Assembly (NCBI GenBank): GCA_030390025.1
Contig: CM059432.1
Location: 126,482,001 to 126,546,000, forward strand
Direction: 5' to 3'
Length of the DNA stretch: 64,000 nucleotides
Source: Squalus acanthias
Taxonomy: Eukaryota
Shown here: positions 36,006-49,439 of the stretch, in pieces
How positions within the stretch are numbered: position 1 is the stretch's first letter
Layout: each line of letters starts with the position of its first letter
The notes under the pieces: model-generated
Database searches by the model: none
What the model was told of the DNA's origin: nothing
Seen by the model: only the letters and a program-made list of their open reading frames with translations
Made by a program: the position numbers and the translations under genes

Positions 36006-37104
36006 AAACTTGTCATCTAAATTTTTAAATAAAAAACATTCAAGTCCACAGAATAAATAGAACATTGCACTAGTAGTGGCAATGATATGCCACCTGGATT
36101 TGTGATGCGAGGGTTGAAGGCACGATGGGATTCTCCCAAGGGTTAAATGGAAAACCACTGGAACACAGTCAAAAGCAGAAAAACAAGATGCATTTTAATT
36201 TGCTACTTTTAGAAGACTATTTTCTAAATCTCTGTCTTACTACGTGTTAGAATTACAGATCATTCTAAAACCAGCACCAAATGTCGGGCATGCTGTAGTT
36301 TTGTGACGCAAACCACTAGATGACTGAATCGGAAATTTGTAGGATGACTTGAAATTGACTGAATACATTCACCATCTGGATTGCTCCCAATATCTCCCAT
36401 TCAAGAGACTGTTAGAATGTGAAATGGCTGTTGTAGGACTCGTTCGGAATACTTAATTCAACACAGAGGGTGCCACTACACAAGGGAAGCACCCAAGATA
36501 GGAGTACTGGCTCTGTATGCAAGTTAAAGATAATCATCAATCAAGTTAATGCAGAATGCATTGTGGAAGCTTGCAAAAAATGTGCTGCATCATCAGTGCA
36601 GTCACATTTTCTATTCCTTGCAACACAATACAGTGAAACTGCAGTGGTATTGCAGCATTAGCTGAATGGAATGCACAAGTAGCCAGGAGTCGTTTCTATT
36701 GGAGCTCCAGTAGTATTCTCGGATCATGTGGAAAATTCCAGTTGTACCCCAGTACAAAAAGATTTATGATTTTCTTGATTCCTATTTGACTTGGTTCCGA
36801 ACTGAGCAAGGCACCGGTTGAATATGCTTGCAATATACCGTCATCGAGTCACCATACTTGAGCAATAGGCTGCTGAACTGGAGTAACAGCTTGATACGTC
36901 ATGCTAGATCGAGGCCTGGGAGAAGGCAACAGGCAGAAGAGAAGAAACCTGAATGTGCAGGGTTGGAGATAGGCCGTCAGGTTAGGGGCCCCATGAGGAT
37001 GAAACTATCGTGCTCCTGCTCAGGTTTAGAATGTGAGGAGTTGGTAGAGGAGCAGTCTCCTGAGGCTGTTTTTTGAAGATATAAAGGCCCCCCCGTGAAA
37101 CATT

Positions 37105-37836
37105 GGCCCTGAAACTGCAGCGTCTGTGACAGCGTACTCTCAGAGTACGCCATCGTATTCCCTTTGAAATGCCCCTCAGATTCGGGATTTCTGCACGCGC
37201 TTGTGAATGTGCGAAATCTGGAACTTGCGGCCCATCAAGGTACACGTTGACAGGCTATCCGTGGGGGTCGCGAAAAAGCAATCGCTGGCGCAGAGATGGG
37301 CTATTTGCTCAGCGACTGGCCAGCAATTGCCCACATAAGTCTTACGGTTGATGCAAGCAGGGACAGGGCCTGCTTGCATCAGCATAAGAGGATATCTAAG
37401 GCTTAAATTAAACATTTTCATAACCTAAATTATACACATGCACTGTATTAAATGAGTTTATGCAAATATTTGCCCAATTACATTTTTAATGCTGTACAAA
37501 ATTATCAAAAAATTAAATTTTTAGTAAGGTTGGCGCAATGAAGGAACTTCTAAATAAAATTCCAATTTTGTACATTGTATAATTATTAGATTTGGGGATT
37601 CCATTGCATTAGGGGATTCTCTTGGTAAATGATTGAAATGGAATTCTGCTTATTGATTGGAGGACCGGGTCCACATGATCCCAGGTATGCTTCCGATCCG
37701 CCTGCGTCCCTGAGATCCGTGGGCCATTACGCTGCCCTCCGCCTCGAGGCCCGAGACCGCAACACTTCACAGCCTGGGTGCCAGGAGGTACTTTAATCAT
37801 TGTTTCGCAGGTTGGAGGAGGACTACGGAGGCGAAT
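37105..37836. mobile_element. MITE of the same family as 50449-51206 (right end lost)
   Basis: Colinear similarity over ~730 bp (GCGTACTCT..GAGTACG palindrome, GGATTCCATTGCAT, GCTTCCGA..CGCCTGCGTCCC); preceded by ATT. Confidence 0.8.
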
Positions 37837-38226
37837 CACAAACCTGTAAGCTTAGTACAATTTGCAAGCAATGAGCATAGGAAGAGATTGCTGCTAATAG
37901 TGGGAGACTCAAAGATCAGAGGATAAACAGTTGCTGAAATTATGGAGTCCAGAATGGTATATTGCCTCGCTGGTGCCAGGGTGAAGGACATCACGGAGTG
38001 TGCTGACCAGCTTTTGGGAGGGTTGAGTGAGCAGTCAGCATCGTAGCTCATGTGGGAAGTAACAATGTTGGCAGGACTGAGGAAGGGGTCCTGCAAAGAG
38101 AATTTGAGGAGTTGGGCCAATAGCTAAAAAGCACGACCTAAAGTCTAATAATTTCGGGACTACTAATGTGCCACGTGCTATGCCAGACAGGCAGAGGAAG
38201 GTTAGACAAGTATGTTAGACATATTA

Positions 38227-38491
38227 GGCCAGAATTTTAATTTAGAGGCAGGTGGGGAGCGGGGGACGGCGGGGGGGGGGACTGGAAATTTAAAATGGTG
38301 GATCACCGTGAGGCATGGAGCCTCATTATAATATTTAAATGAGCGATCGGTCTCCTGGGAGCGGGTTGGCCGCACGCCCCGGCTCCCTCCGTTAAAAACA
38401 GAAGTGGGCGGGTTTGAGGCGGGTTGGGGTCGGGATTCAGTTTTTTAACTCTTTAACCTCCCACCCGTTTTCAGGGGTTAAAATTCCCCCC
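38227..38491. mobile_element. Short MITE
   Basis: Imperfect TIRs GGCCAGAATTTTAA and TTAAAATTCCCCC; interrupts the CR1 relic. Confidence 0.55.
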
Positions 38492-38736
38492 ACAGTTTCA
38501 AGTTTGTGGGACACGGTGACCTGTTTTGGAAAAGATGACTGTACATCAGGGACAGACTTCATCAAACCAGTGCCAGTACCCCGGCAGCAAGAGTTGATAG
38601 AGCTGTGGTTGGATTACAAAGACCTATCTTAAAGCAGATGGGGGAGAAGTTAACAATTAAGATAGTGGGTGAAAGAATAAACGAAAATAATAGAAGGAAA
38701 AATGCGACTAGGGAGCAACAGTGAAACCGAGTTGAA

Positions 38737-40251
38737 GGCCGAGATTTTCCGGGGGGGTCTGCGGGCAGGAAAATGTTTTTGGTTTTTTTTTGACAGCGGG
38801 TCGGGTACCTGCTGTCAACCCGCTGCAACACGCCTTTCCCAATGTCGGGTCTGTCAGCGCTGAGCAGACCAGACAGGCAGCGGCGGGCGACCCAATTAAA
38901 CTAATTAACAAGCTGTTTCTCAGTCTATTTCCAGCACAGATTTCACAGGCTTTCCACTTTCCATCCACTCTCACCTCATTGAAAGAACACTCTCACCATT
39001 GACAGATTGCTTCTGTCAGTCATCGCTACTTCAGCTGCCATCTATTCCATCAACATGGGTGCCCTTTATACTCTCTCACCTTGGTCCTCAGAATCTGACC
39101 ACGATCAGTCCCAACACCAGCAGCACCAGGCACACCAGCAGCACCAACAATAACGCCAACCTTCTCCGCAATCACCCGATGCTGCACAGGACACAGGGCA
39201 TCAGCACCCGAGCACATTGCTGCCCGGGAGGCCAGGGATGGCCTCACCATGGCCAGATTTACTTCACTTAACACTGTACACCCTGACTGCCACATGATGG
39301 CCACCCCACACCAACACCATAAAGCATCCCTACAATGTCCAAGCCATTCCTTTCACACTCACCAGCATTGCGGGGGGTACCGTTATGTCTCACCATTCAC
39401 TGCAACTCACTAAGCCACTCCAAAGATGCACACAAAGCTGTCCAAGAACAGAAAGTGTTGAAAATAAAGGTTTCAATGTTTGACAGCACATTAACAGAAA
39501 CTTTAAATGAACATTGGATAAAACACCCAAGTGGCTACCCTTGTGTATTGTTAGTTGGAATGATTGCACTAGGATGAGGGTGAGAGTGAGGGGTGGCTAG
39601 TGAGATGGGGATGTGATGATGTAGATAAAGAGAGAGGGATGGGTGGAGGTTCAAGGTAAGTTGGTGTGAGTAAGAGTGTGCAGGAGTAGGGTAGGGAAGG
39701 CAGAGTGATGGGGATGTGATGAGAGGCACAGCAGGATGAGGTTGAGGGTGGCTTTGTACTAACGTTTCGTGATCTAATGAGATCATTGAAAGGTTTGCGC
39801 CACTGTACCCAGGTCCTCCTGACTACATCCCTGCTTAAGACCTCCTGTGCAATCTCCAAACAGGCTGTTTTGCTCTCGAGGAGGTGTCTTCCACCCATCA
39901 GAAGGGAAGAGGACCTCCCTGCGTGCTGTGACTGGGTGAGCCTGGGTGCAGCCCTGCACCTCTGTGCAGCGCTTGTCAGTGTTTGCAGCACCTCAATGCT
40001 GTAGAACACTGACAGCACAAATGTTAAAAGAAAGCTGCCCATGATCCCTTTAAGGAAACCGGCTGATGACCAGTCATGAACATCACCAGACCCGCTTCCT
40101 CTAATTGGACCGGCAAACGCGCTGGGCGGGCTTAACAAGCCCCATCAACGGAAATTCATTTTCCAGAGCGGGATGGAGCCAGCAGCGGGGTCGAGACCCG
40201 CCACTGACGTCGCCCGCCCCTGGACCCGCTGAGGTCAGGAAAATCTCGGCC
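38737..40251. mobile_element. Non-autonomous Harbinger element, copy 2 (both ends present)
   Basis: Perfect 14-bp TIRs GGCCGAGATTTTCC / GGAAAATCTCGGCC; 3-bp TSD GAA (38734-38736 and 40252-40254); Myb/SANT remnant RTWVQWRKPFNDL on the minus strand. Confidence 0.9.
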
Positions 40252-42334
40252 GAAGTGTCTATATATGAATGTGAGAAACATTAGGAATAAAATCAGGGAA
40301 CTAGAATTAATTGCTGTGGGAGGCTATGATATCCAAGCTCATTACTCAGAACCAGGTCTAGTATTGTATCTTTCATTCAACTTGTAATCACATTTAAGAG
40401 GGAATGAGATAAACACTTGAAGAAAAATATTAAAGGTTGCAGGGAAAAAGCAGGAAAATGGGATTAGAGAGACAGCTCCGATGTAGAACTAGCACTTACA
40501 CAGGTGTGATGGGCTGAATGGTCTCGTGTTGAAATTTAATTGATTCTAAAAGGTCTAAAGTGGAATTCTACGGGGGCTCACGACAGGAGTTTATTATTCT
40601 ATATGAATAGTCCATAAAGACATTTATACCTGGGGGAGATGGAAGAGAAACTCTGAACGACCAGAGGGCTACAACTTTCACCAAGTTTGTTCTTATGACC
40701 CTGAACAATGAAGCATCAGCTGTTCTATGAACTCAAAGGTGGCCAGTACATGAAATTCCTAATCTTTGAAATCTCTACTGTAGTTTGATATTGGCCAGCA
40801 AGCTCCCAGAGACAAGGACATTTCCCAGAACCAGCCAATTCCATCTGTGACTAAGCTGTTGGGAAGATACTATGCATTCCAATTTGACGTTGACTCGACA
40901 AATGTGCTTGTTACTCATAAAAGGACGCTGTAAGGAAGCAGCTGGTCAGTGCCTGGAATGGCCTGTCTGATTTTCTGGTTATTCAAAGAAAAAGGGAAGA
41001 TGTGCCTTTGCTCAAATTTCCAGAAGCAAAACCATCTCCCGCAACTGCAGCAAGCCCACATAGGTGTCTTCAGACAGTCTGCTTTGACAGATCAAGTGTT
41101 CAGAGGTGGAGGAGGGCGGTGTTGACGGCAGCATTCAAATAAGGGTCCATTCTACTTTTGTCCCTCCAGAGCAACCTTTTAATTAAAAGTTTTTACTTTT
41201 GTTGCACTCTCTTCAATACCTCAAACCCAGATCAGCAGGGAGCGACCAACATGATGGCCAGCTCCTCTCATTAACCGCTACCTGGAAACACTGTGACTGC
41301 TGCGTTTTGCTAATATGATAAATAAAGGCTATCTGTAAAACATTTCATAGCTAATTATTATTTATCCTCAGGCAATTAAAGCAAATTTAGGCGCGTTTAA
41401 GCATATAGTCACTTCCTGAAGCAGGGAACGTCAGGGCTGACAACAACTAACATTTTTATTTGAACTTTGGTGTCGGCCTTATGCTTTGATTTGTTATTTT
41501 TGTGATGCAAGTTAGCTGCGGCTAATGAATAGCGCCTTATGGAGCGCTGAACAGATTGTATTTATTATTTACCACAAGCGTCAGAATTTCAACGTTGCTA
41601 GACTTTCTTTGGTTATATTTTAGCTTTTGAGAATAAGTATGAAACAGTTTATAGCCACACTGGAACAGTTTGGTAAAGGGCGGATTAGAAGCCTGCAGCC
41701 TTGACAGTGAATAAAGATGAATGGAGGCAACTGCTCCAGTCTCAGGTTGGCTTTATGCCCAGGCAACTGCAGGGCCAAGGGTGGCACCACCAAATACCAA
41801 CAGCCCAAATACGTAGGAACTTACTGAGTAAATGTTTCTAAAATTATTTTCTTCTAAAAATATATTATTTTTAACAGAGATTTCCTGTGTATGGAAAAAA
41901 AGAAACATATGCTAAAGAAAACAATACGCAGACATCTGTTTTTAATTTGACATTTCATTTATTACAAATACTTTTGTGGCTCACTGTACCAATATAATCA
42001 AAAAAACTATAATGAATCACTTACAGTGTACGTGCCCAGAGTTAAACCGGTCCATATTGGCTTCGGACCACATACAGCCGCCAATGGGACGTTTCAGCTT
42101 GGGAGAAGATTTCCTCTGTTCAAATGCATGTATAAACAATGTGTTTACAATTTCATTACAAATAGTAAACAAAGGAAGTCTTCTCCTCACAGAGCGAATT
42201 CTGTGCCTGAACCTTCAACCTATGATTCAGTCAAGAGCGTTTGGTTCCCATGAACATTCTCCTTGTACGTGAAGATCATTTATAAAAATGGCAATTGAAG
42301 ATACTCACTATTACAGAATACACCAATACCTGGA

Positions 42335-42862
42335 CAGGACCAATACCTCTACCTTGAGATTACCGCTACCTCTAAACTGAGATTACCAATACCTCTACCC
42401 GGAGAGTCCCAATACCTCTACCCTGAGATTACCAATACCTCTAAACTGAGATTACCAATACCTCTACCCGGAGAGTCCCAATACCTCTACCCTGAGATTA
42501 CCAATACCTCTACCTTGAGATTACCGATACCTCGAACCTGAGATTACCGATACCTCTAAACTGAGATTACCAATATCTCTACCCTGAGATTACTAATGCC
42601 TCTACCCTGAGATTACCAATACCTCTACCCTGAGATTACCAATACCTCTACCCTGAGATTACCAATACCCCTACCCTGAGATTACTAATACCTCTATCCT
42701 GAGATTACCAATACCTCTACCCGGAGAGTCCCAATACCTCTACCCTGAGATTACCAATACCTCTACCCTGAGATTACCAATACCCCTACCCTGAGATTAC
42801 TAATACCTCTAGACTGAGATCGCAATACCACTACACTGAGTACCAATGCCTCTACCCTGAGC
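42335..42862. repeat. 23-bp minisatellite, ~23 copies
   Basis: Unit ACCCTGAGATTACCAATACCTCT with a recurrent variant CCGGAGAGTCCCAAT. Confidence 0.93.
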
Positions 42863-44245
42863 GGCGGTAGGTAACCTGCTTAAAGCAACTATTGCCCTAT
42901 AAATTTCTTTGCCTTGTTACCTCTTTCTCTCCCTTCCACAGCCTCTTAAAAACCTCAGTCCCCTCTGTAATCTTCCCATCTCCTGCTTGGCTGTATCCGT
43001 GCTACTTTGCAAAATGCTGCAAAATTCTTCTGCATGAGGGTGTGGTGTAAACCCAAGATTTTGTATATTCAATTTACTGCAGCCTTGAACCTTGATATTA
43101 CTCAGTGAGGTATAATGTCATCGCTATTTTGTGACGAGGAATTGTTTGATATATTTGCTTTTCTTTTTGGTTGAGTTATCTGGATCTGTGGAAGGTGCCA
43201 CAAACCTGACAATTGTGGTGAAACTACTGCCATGTAAAGAAATGGAAACCCCTGTGAAAACCAGAGAGTGCTATAAGTACCTGAACAATAAGCCAGGCCA
43301 AAAGACTAAAACTTGATATACGAGTTTGGCATAGATATGCTTTACAGTGACAGATACAAAGAATCTGGCTTACAAGCAAAAGCACTTAGAAGAAGAAATT
43401 CAGCTTAGATAAATATTATTAAACGGAATAAGTGAAATCTTGTTCTATATCAATCATAATTCCCAGACTCAAAATTCTTTTTGGCTGTGTTCATGTGTTT
43501 GTGGGAGTTGAAGTAATTTTGGCTGTAACGAAGTGCTAATCATGCACAGTTGCCATTGAACCATTGGTATGGCCTGTTCTGCATACTTTTGTGGTTATCC
43601 AAGTGTCAAATAATTAAGGCATCCAATGGAATGTAAAAAGTAAGTGTGAAAATTGACCAACTTAATTAGAATTGGCCCTTCAGGTTCACGAATGCAAAGA
43701 TTAAATAAAATGTAATTGGATAGCATCACTCTCGCCCATTTTTCCTCCGGGAACAGTTCCACCTTGGCCGAGATCAGCCTGTGTGTTAAAGGAGGATTGC
43801 TGCAAAGAGCCTGGAAGAACTCAGCCTTGTTTTTGTTAAAATGGCACCTCAATGAAGAAGGAAGCAATGCAGGGTCAGCTGTGCAGCTGCTCCTGGATGA
43901 GTGACTCACTGTTTAATATCTTGGCTACCCTCTTTCCTCTGCTAAAAATTCTTTTCTTATTCCTTTCCTGAAAGCATTAACTCCGGCTGAAGTACAAATC
44001 CACAAGCATGCAGCACACGTGTTTAGAGTGTATACAGTGAATGTCGGCCATGGGGCTCATCACAGCTGAGCACGTGATCGCACGACATTTACACAAGTAT
44101 ACCTTCCACTAGAGCAGTGTGATCAGGAGCAGGAATCTTTGCTTTTTTCCCCCCTCTATCCCAAAAGTACGGAGGCCAATTGTGACACCTCTGCACCAGC
44201 TCTACTGAGAGCAGTCTTTGTTTTAAAGGGAAATGTAGGAGCAGA

Positions 44246-44527
44246 TCAGCTGTGGCTTAATTGGTCGCACTCTCGCCTTTGAGCGAGAAGGTTGTGGGTT
44301 CAAGCCCCACTTCAGAGCCTTGAGCATATAATCTAGGCTGACACTCCAGTGCAGCACTGAGAGAGTGTTGCATTTTTGGAGGTGCCATCTTTTGGATGAG
44401 ACATTAAACCGAGGCCCCAACTGCTCTCTCAGATGGACATAAAAGATCCCATCGCAATATTTTGGAGAGAGCAGGCATGTTCTCCGTGGTGTCCTGGCCA
44501 ATATTTATCCCTCAACCAACATCACAT
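44246..44527 (+). mobile_element. Deu-domain SINE, 5' part
   Basis: tRNA head (GTGGCTTAATTGG, GGTTCAAGCCC) and GATGAGACATTAAACCGAGGCCCC core. Confidence 0.8.
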
Positions 44528-45418
44528 TCTTCTTTCTTCTTTATCACTCTTTCTTAGTAGGCCATACAGCTCCTCGAGCCTGCTCTGCCATTCAATTAGA
44601 TTATGGCTGATCTGTACCTCAACTCCATATCCCTTGATACCTTTACGAGACAAAAATAGAAAATCGCTGGAAAGTGCCTGCAAGAGCTCAGCATGGTTTT
44701 GTCAAAATAACATCTCATGCAAGGGATAAAAATGTATTTTTGTAGCAATAAACTTTTGAAACATCAACATAAATTTTATGATGTGAATGTTCTGGCATGG
44801 TGCATTCATCAACACAGTTGGAAAGCCACGCCAATATCTTGCTAATGGTGAGCCTGCCCTTTAGGGTCAATATAAACTCTATTGCTACAAGACATGCATT
44901 GCCTTCAAGCTCTCAAACCCTCTGTGGCCCCCTACCGCACAAATGGCACCAAAAACCAAATGGGTCTGAATCTGGGGGGAAATTCAGTGCAATTCAGATT
45001 GGGAGAGGCCTATCCCTATAAACAAAAGGTCACTGGGACATCTGCCTCAGTTCGGACATCTATACAGGAAGGAAAGAGTTCATTGCAGCCAGAACGACAA
45101 ACACCACAAAATTATTCAAATGCAACAGAGTGCCCTTAAATCAATTACTGTTTGGAAAACTGGCAAACTGCTGGAACGATTAGGTGGGAAAGTGTGAAGC
45201 ACGCTGACTGCCAGAGAACAGAAAAAAATTATTTTGCACTATTAAAGCTATTTAGTCACTAATTTCGCTTATTCCTTCCTTCCTCTTTATCCTTATACTA
45301 CAGTTCCAGTGTTTTTCATCTAAACTTTTCTCTGTTGTCAAACAATTGTACATTTTTCTGCCATGGCACCTTGGTTGCATGATTATCAACTTTTACAGCA
45401 ACAACAGGGAGAGAAAAA

Positions 45419-45878
45419 ATAAAGACTTGCATTTATATTGTGTCTTTCACGACCACCTTACGTCCCAAAGCACTTTACAGCCAATGAAGTACTTTTTGAA
45501 GTGGAGTCACTGTTGTAATGTAGGAAACGCGGCAGCAAATCTGCGCGCAGCAAGTTCCCACAAACAGCAATGTGATAATGACCAAATAATCTGTTTTAGA
45601 TGTTGATTGAGGGATAAATATTGGCCAGGACACCGGGGGTAACTCCCCTGCTCTTCGAAATAGTGCCATGGGATTTTTACGTCCACCTGAGAGACCAGAT
45701 GGGGCCTCGGTTTCACGTCTCATCCGAAAGACGGCAACTCCGACAGTGGAGCGCTCCCTCAGCACTGCACTGGAGTGTCAGCCTAGCTTTATGTGCGCAA
45801 GTCCCTGGAGTGGAACATAAACCCACAAACTTCTGACTCAGAGGCAAGAATACTACCCACTAAGCCACAGCTGACACT
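45419..45878 (-). mobile_element. Full-length Deu-domain SINE (SacSINE1-like)
   Basis: tRNA-like head, Deu core (GATGAGACGTGAAACCGAGGCCCC..AAATCCCATGGCACTATTTCGAAGAG..GGTGTCCTGGCCAA) and TATAAATGCAAGTCTTT tail. Confidence 0.85.
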
Positions 45879-47899
45879 ACGAACACACATGACTGCTTCA
45901 TTTAATTAGAAGGATCTCATTTGCCTGAAACAAATGTATTTACAAATTAGATGTTCATTTATCAGAACAATGGGACCTCATCAACACTAGACTTCACCAA
46001 ATGCCTCCATTGCTGTATAAATCCTTTACCTTCTCAAGTCCCGACAATGTTGCTTGGACTGCAAATGCTGGGGAAAAATGCTTCGATTAAATACAGATTG
46101 ACAGACGTGGGCCTTTATGAGGAACCAGTCTAAAGTCCAAACTAGATTTTTATTGAATTTCAACAAAGCTTTTTGGATTTGCTGGGGGTAATTTTAAACT
46201 TCATCCCCGAGCGGTAAACTAGCAGAGCAAATCGCCCCCGCCCCGTTATAGAACCTGCCCAATTTTCAGCCCATTGATTTCAGGCGGACAATCCGCTCTG
46301 ACAGGTTACTGCCCAGGCGACAAAGTTAAAAAGGACCCCCCCACCGCCCCCCGCCCGTCTCTTTTGGTCTCCCCAAGCCACACGGCAGTCTTTGTGCAAG
46401 AGAATAGGTAAGCATTCTGTTCCCATGCTTTTGCTGTTGCCACTCTGGAGTTGGCTGGTAGCAAGTATAGCAGAGTGGTAGGGTGCATCATTCTTTGATT
46501 TCCCCTTGGCCCTCCATCACTCCCTGACAATATGGCTGAAACAGGGAATTTCTTTTGGAATGACTCTGGGTGAATCCGTGAGCAAGCACCATATGGCACT
46601 GGAATTTACAGCACCAATTTGCCACAACACCACATCTAGAAGTTAGATTTTCCTGGGTACTGTTCAGGGTTTGGGGGGGGGGGGGTCACAGTGAGCACAG
46701 CGCACAGAAGTGCACCGCGCCCCAGAAAACACCTGGTGGCTGCTGAAAGTACTTTATTGGGCACAGGGACAGGAAGGTCAGGAGCAGTTCGTGCCTTAAA
46801 GGTAGCAGCACTATTAAAAGGGCTAAAGTACAGTTAAACCCCCGTGGAAAAGCCAGAATACTTGTTTTTTCTGCAGGTAATGGGCCAGGATTTTTACCGA
46901 ACACCTTTGACTGACTTATAGTTAAGTTTCTAAGTTAAGTTATGTGTGCCAGAAGCCGTGATTTGCAACGGGGTCTTCAGTTTGTTTAATTACACCACAT
47001 TAGAGTTCAGAAATATGGAATTCAAAAACTTGCCTCATTTTTATAACTTTAAAAATACTCACTGCCACCTGAGCTCGTGTGCAGCATCAACGCCGGCATA
47101 GACCAGTTGGGTCGAATGGCCTTGTTCTGCGCAGTAGACTCAATGTAACTTCCCTCCAGCCTAGAGCTATACTGCACCCAGTGCAAAGCAAAAGTGTTAG
47201 GAAGCGACCCATTGGAGGTAACCCATTTGATCAGGTCCTGCCTCCTGAGTTACGCTGCACACCCAAATCCACTTTGCATCAGCAGCTTATCAGCAGTCTC
47301 AGAACGGACGAGCCTGCTGTGTTTCTCCAGCATTTTCTGTTTTTAGCACTCGCGGGGTTTTTTTTTAAATCTGGGCTTCACTTCTGTTGGAAGACAAAAA
47401 GCAGCAGGTGAAATCAACACCTCGCACATCTCAACGTGCTTTGTGACCAACCTGCGACTCCTCTAATCACCGATGTTACAAATAGCTTTTCTCTTGGCAG
47501 GGGTGTGGAAGTACGGTTTAACATACGGAACAAACAAGACAGATGGATAAAAACCGATTGGTAACTATTCCCGAACAGGCCTGTCGAAGGCACAAATAAA
47601 GCTAACTGTTTATTGGGATACTTTTAAGTTTTCCAAACTTTTTAGCAACATACATTTTCCTGAAAACCGATATACAGCCTAACGATATCATGGCATACGG
47701 AATCATTGAATAGGGAGGCTTTGGAAACGCTCCTGGATTTAGTGCAATTGTGTTAAAGTACTTCTCAGTAAACCAGCTGCTGTAATCTAATATTCCATAA
47801 TCCTCTCTGTCATTGGGTTAACACCATTGGAGACAATGGCCTTTCCATTGCCACTCTCCACCAATCAAAGCGGCAGCAGCGGGGGGAGGGGGAAATACT

Positions 47900-48015
47900 A
47901 CAGATGCTGGAAGTCTGAAATAAAAACAAAAACTAAAACTGCTGGAAGCACTCAGCAAGCCAGGCTGCATCTGCAAAGAAAGAATGTTTCAGGCCTCGCC
48001 CTTCGTCAGAATGGA
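47900..48015 (-). mobile_element. Penelope terminal-repeat fragment
   Basis: Reverse complement resembles 26148-26245, with a CTGACGAAGG...CCTGAAAC hammerhead-like core. Confidence 0.55.
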
Positions 48016-48625
48016 AAAGTGATCATTTTCAATCCATTTGGCCTGTACTTAACAATTCAAAGTGCCCGAAATGGAGGTCTATTTGTGGCAGCAAGAATCG
48101 TTCCTAAACCAGCAGTGGTTTTGGTAACATTAGAACATGAGGCAGCAGTAACACCAGGCGTGGTGTCGGCCAGGAGAGGCAGCGGTGGGACCAGTGGAAA
48201 GCCTCAGCCCGCAGAGCAGAGCAGGAGGAAGAACTGGCCACTGCCATTTTTGGCATTGAAAAGTACTGAGACATTTAGCGGCTATCCTTATTTATGTCTT
48301 TTGCTTGTCCCTTCCTAAAAGTACATTGTGAAAATCAGTAGAATTTATCAATATAGATAGCCATAAAGTGGCTAAGGAGCATTAACCATGCGTTTCCTCT
48401 GAACTTTCCTTGGATTTGTGTGAAAATACGGCATGTCCCCTTGGTATATCTCAGTAGATATCTGTGATATATTCTGGGAATGGATTGAAATGAAGACTTC
48501 AACACATCTTGTTAAAAATGGGTCTCCCCCCCACTTCAATCCTCTCCCATGAAACCCTCTGTTGCCTATACACCTCCTTCAGCTGCCTGGTAATCTATTC
48601 CGTAGAGCTTCCTTAAAATGTTTAA

Positions 48626-48893
48626 GGCACTGGCAAGGTGTTGCCCATTTATTGCCCGTCGCTAGTTGCCTACACATTGGGTGGGCCTGGAGTCATGTGT
48701 AGGCCAGACCAGGTAAAGTTGGCAGGATCCCTTCCCCTGAAGGATATTAGTGAAACAGTTGAGTTTTTACAACAATCCAGCAGCTTTTGTGGTAAGAGCC
48801 CACAAATTAGTAGATTTATTGAATACAATTTTACAAGATTTGAATTCATGATCTCTAGGTTGCTAGTCCGCTACCATAAGCACTAGGCCACTG
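48626..48893 (-). mobile_element. Bipartite SINE: tRNA head, LINE 5'UTR segment and LINE 3' tail
   Basis: The minus strand reads head, then TTCACTAATATCCTTCAGGGGAAGG..ACCTGGTCTGGCCTACACATGACTCC (cf. 33199-33263), then directly GGCAACTAGCGACGGGCAATAAATG..CCTTGCCAGTG (cf. 22965-23003). Confidence 0.7.
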
Positions 48894-49243
48894 CACCTGT
48901 TCCCAGCAGGTCTCTACCAGACACCCATGGGCACACTAAACAGATCAGCACATCTGCAATTCTTACACAGGAGAAATTGGTGCTGCAATAAAAGATTTTC
49001 AGGAAGCCCATTGAGAGGGATGGCTTATTTATACTGCACAACTGCTTTAAGAAGTGGATCTGCAACACTACTCCTCGGTTTCTGGTGCTACAGAAATCAC
49101 AACCATTTAATTACAGGGTAAATTTCCTAGTGGAACTACACAAGAACAGCTGTCCAGGGCTAGTTACTTGAAATTTGTGGTTTTGTATTCTGCTGCCAAA
49201 ACTTCCCCAATCTTATGAAAAAGGACATAATGGCTGACATATA

Positions 49244-49439
49244 GGGACAGAACTTTGAACTTCAGCAGGAGTGTAAAACGGGTGATATCAGATCAGCCGC
49301 CTGTTATACAGCTCACCTGACTTTCCTTTCCATTGACTTCGATATAATCGGGCGGGGTGTAGAACGGGCGGGGTGTAGAGCGGGCGGCTGATCTGCTATC
49401 GGCCGCTTTACACCCCCCGCTGAAGTTGAAAGCTCTGCC
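49244..49439. mobile_element. Short MITE
   Basis: Long imperfect inverted ends (GACAGAACTTTGAACTTCAGC / GCTGAAGTTGAAAGCTCTGCC) and an internal AGATCAGCCGCC / GGCGGCTGATCT pair. Confidence 0.65.

Larger units (their letters stand above)
37846..40548 (+). mobile_element. Old CR1 relic (esterase ORF1, ORF2 start, 3' tail) split by two DNA-transposon insertions
   Basis: IVGDSKIRG and VYCLAGARVKDIT at 37895-37995; KCLYMNVRNIRNKIRELE resumes at 40253; CR1 tail GATGGGCTGAATGG near 40510. Confidence 0.7.

Noticed and set aside
47501..47560. Plus-strand 60-bp exon candidate (GVEVRFNIRNKQDRWIKTD)
   Set aside because: Good acceptor but isolated; no partner exons or recognisable product.
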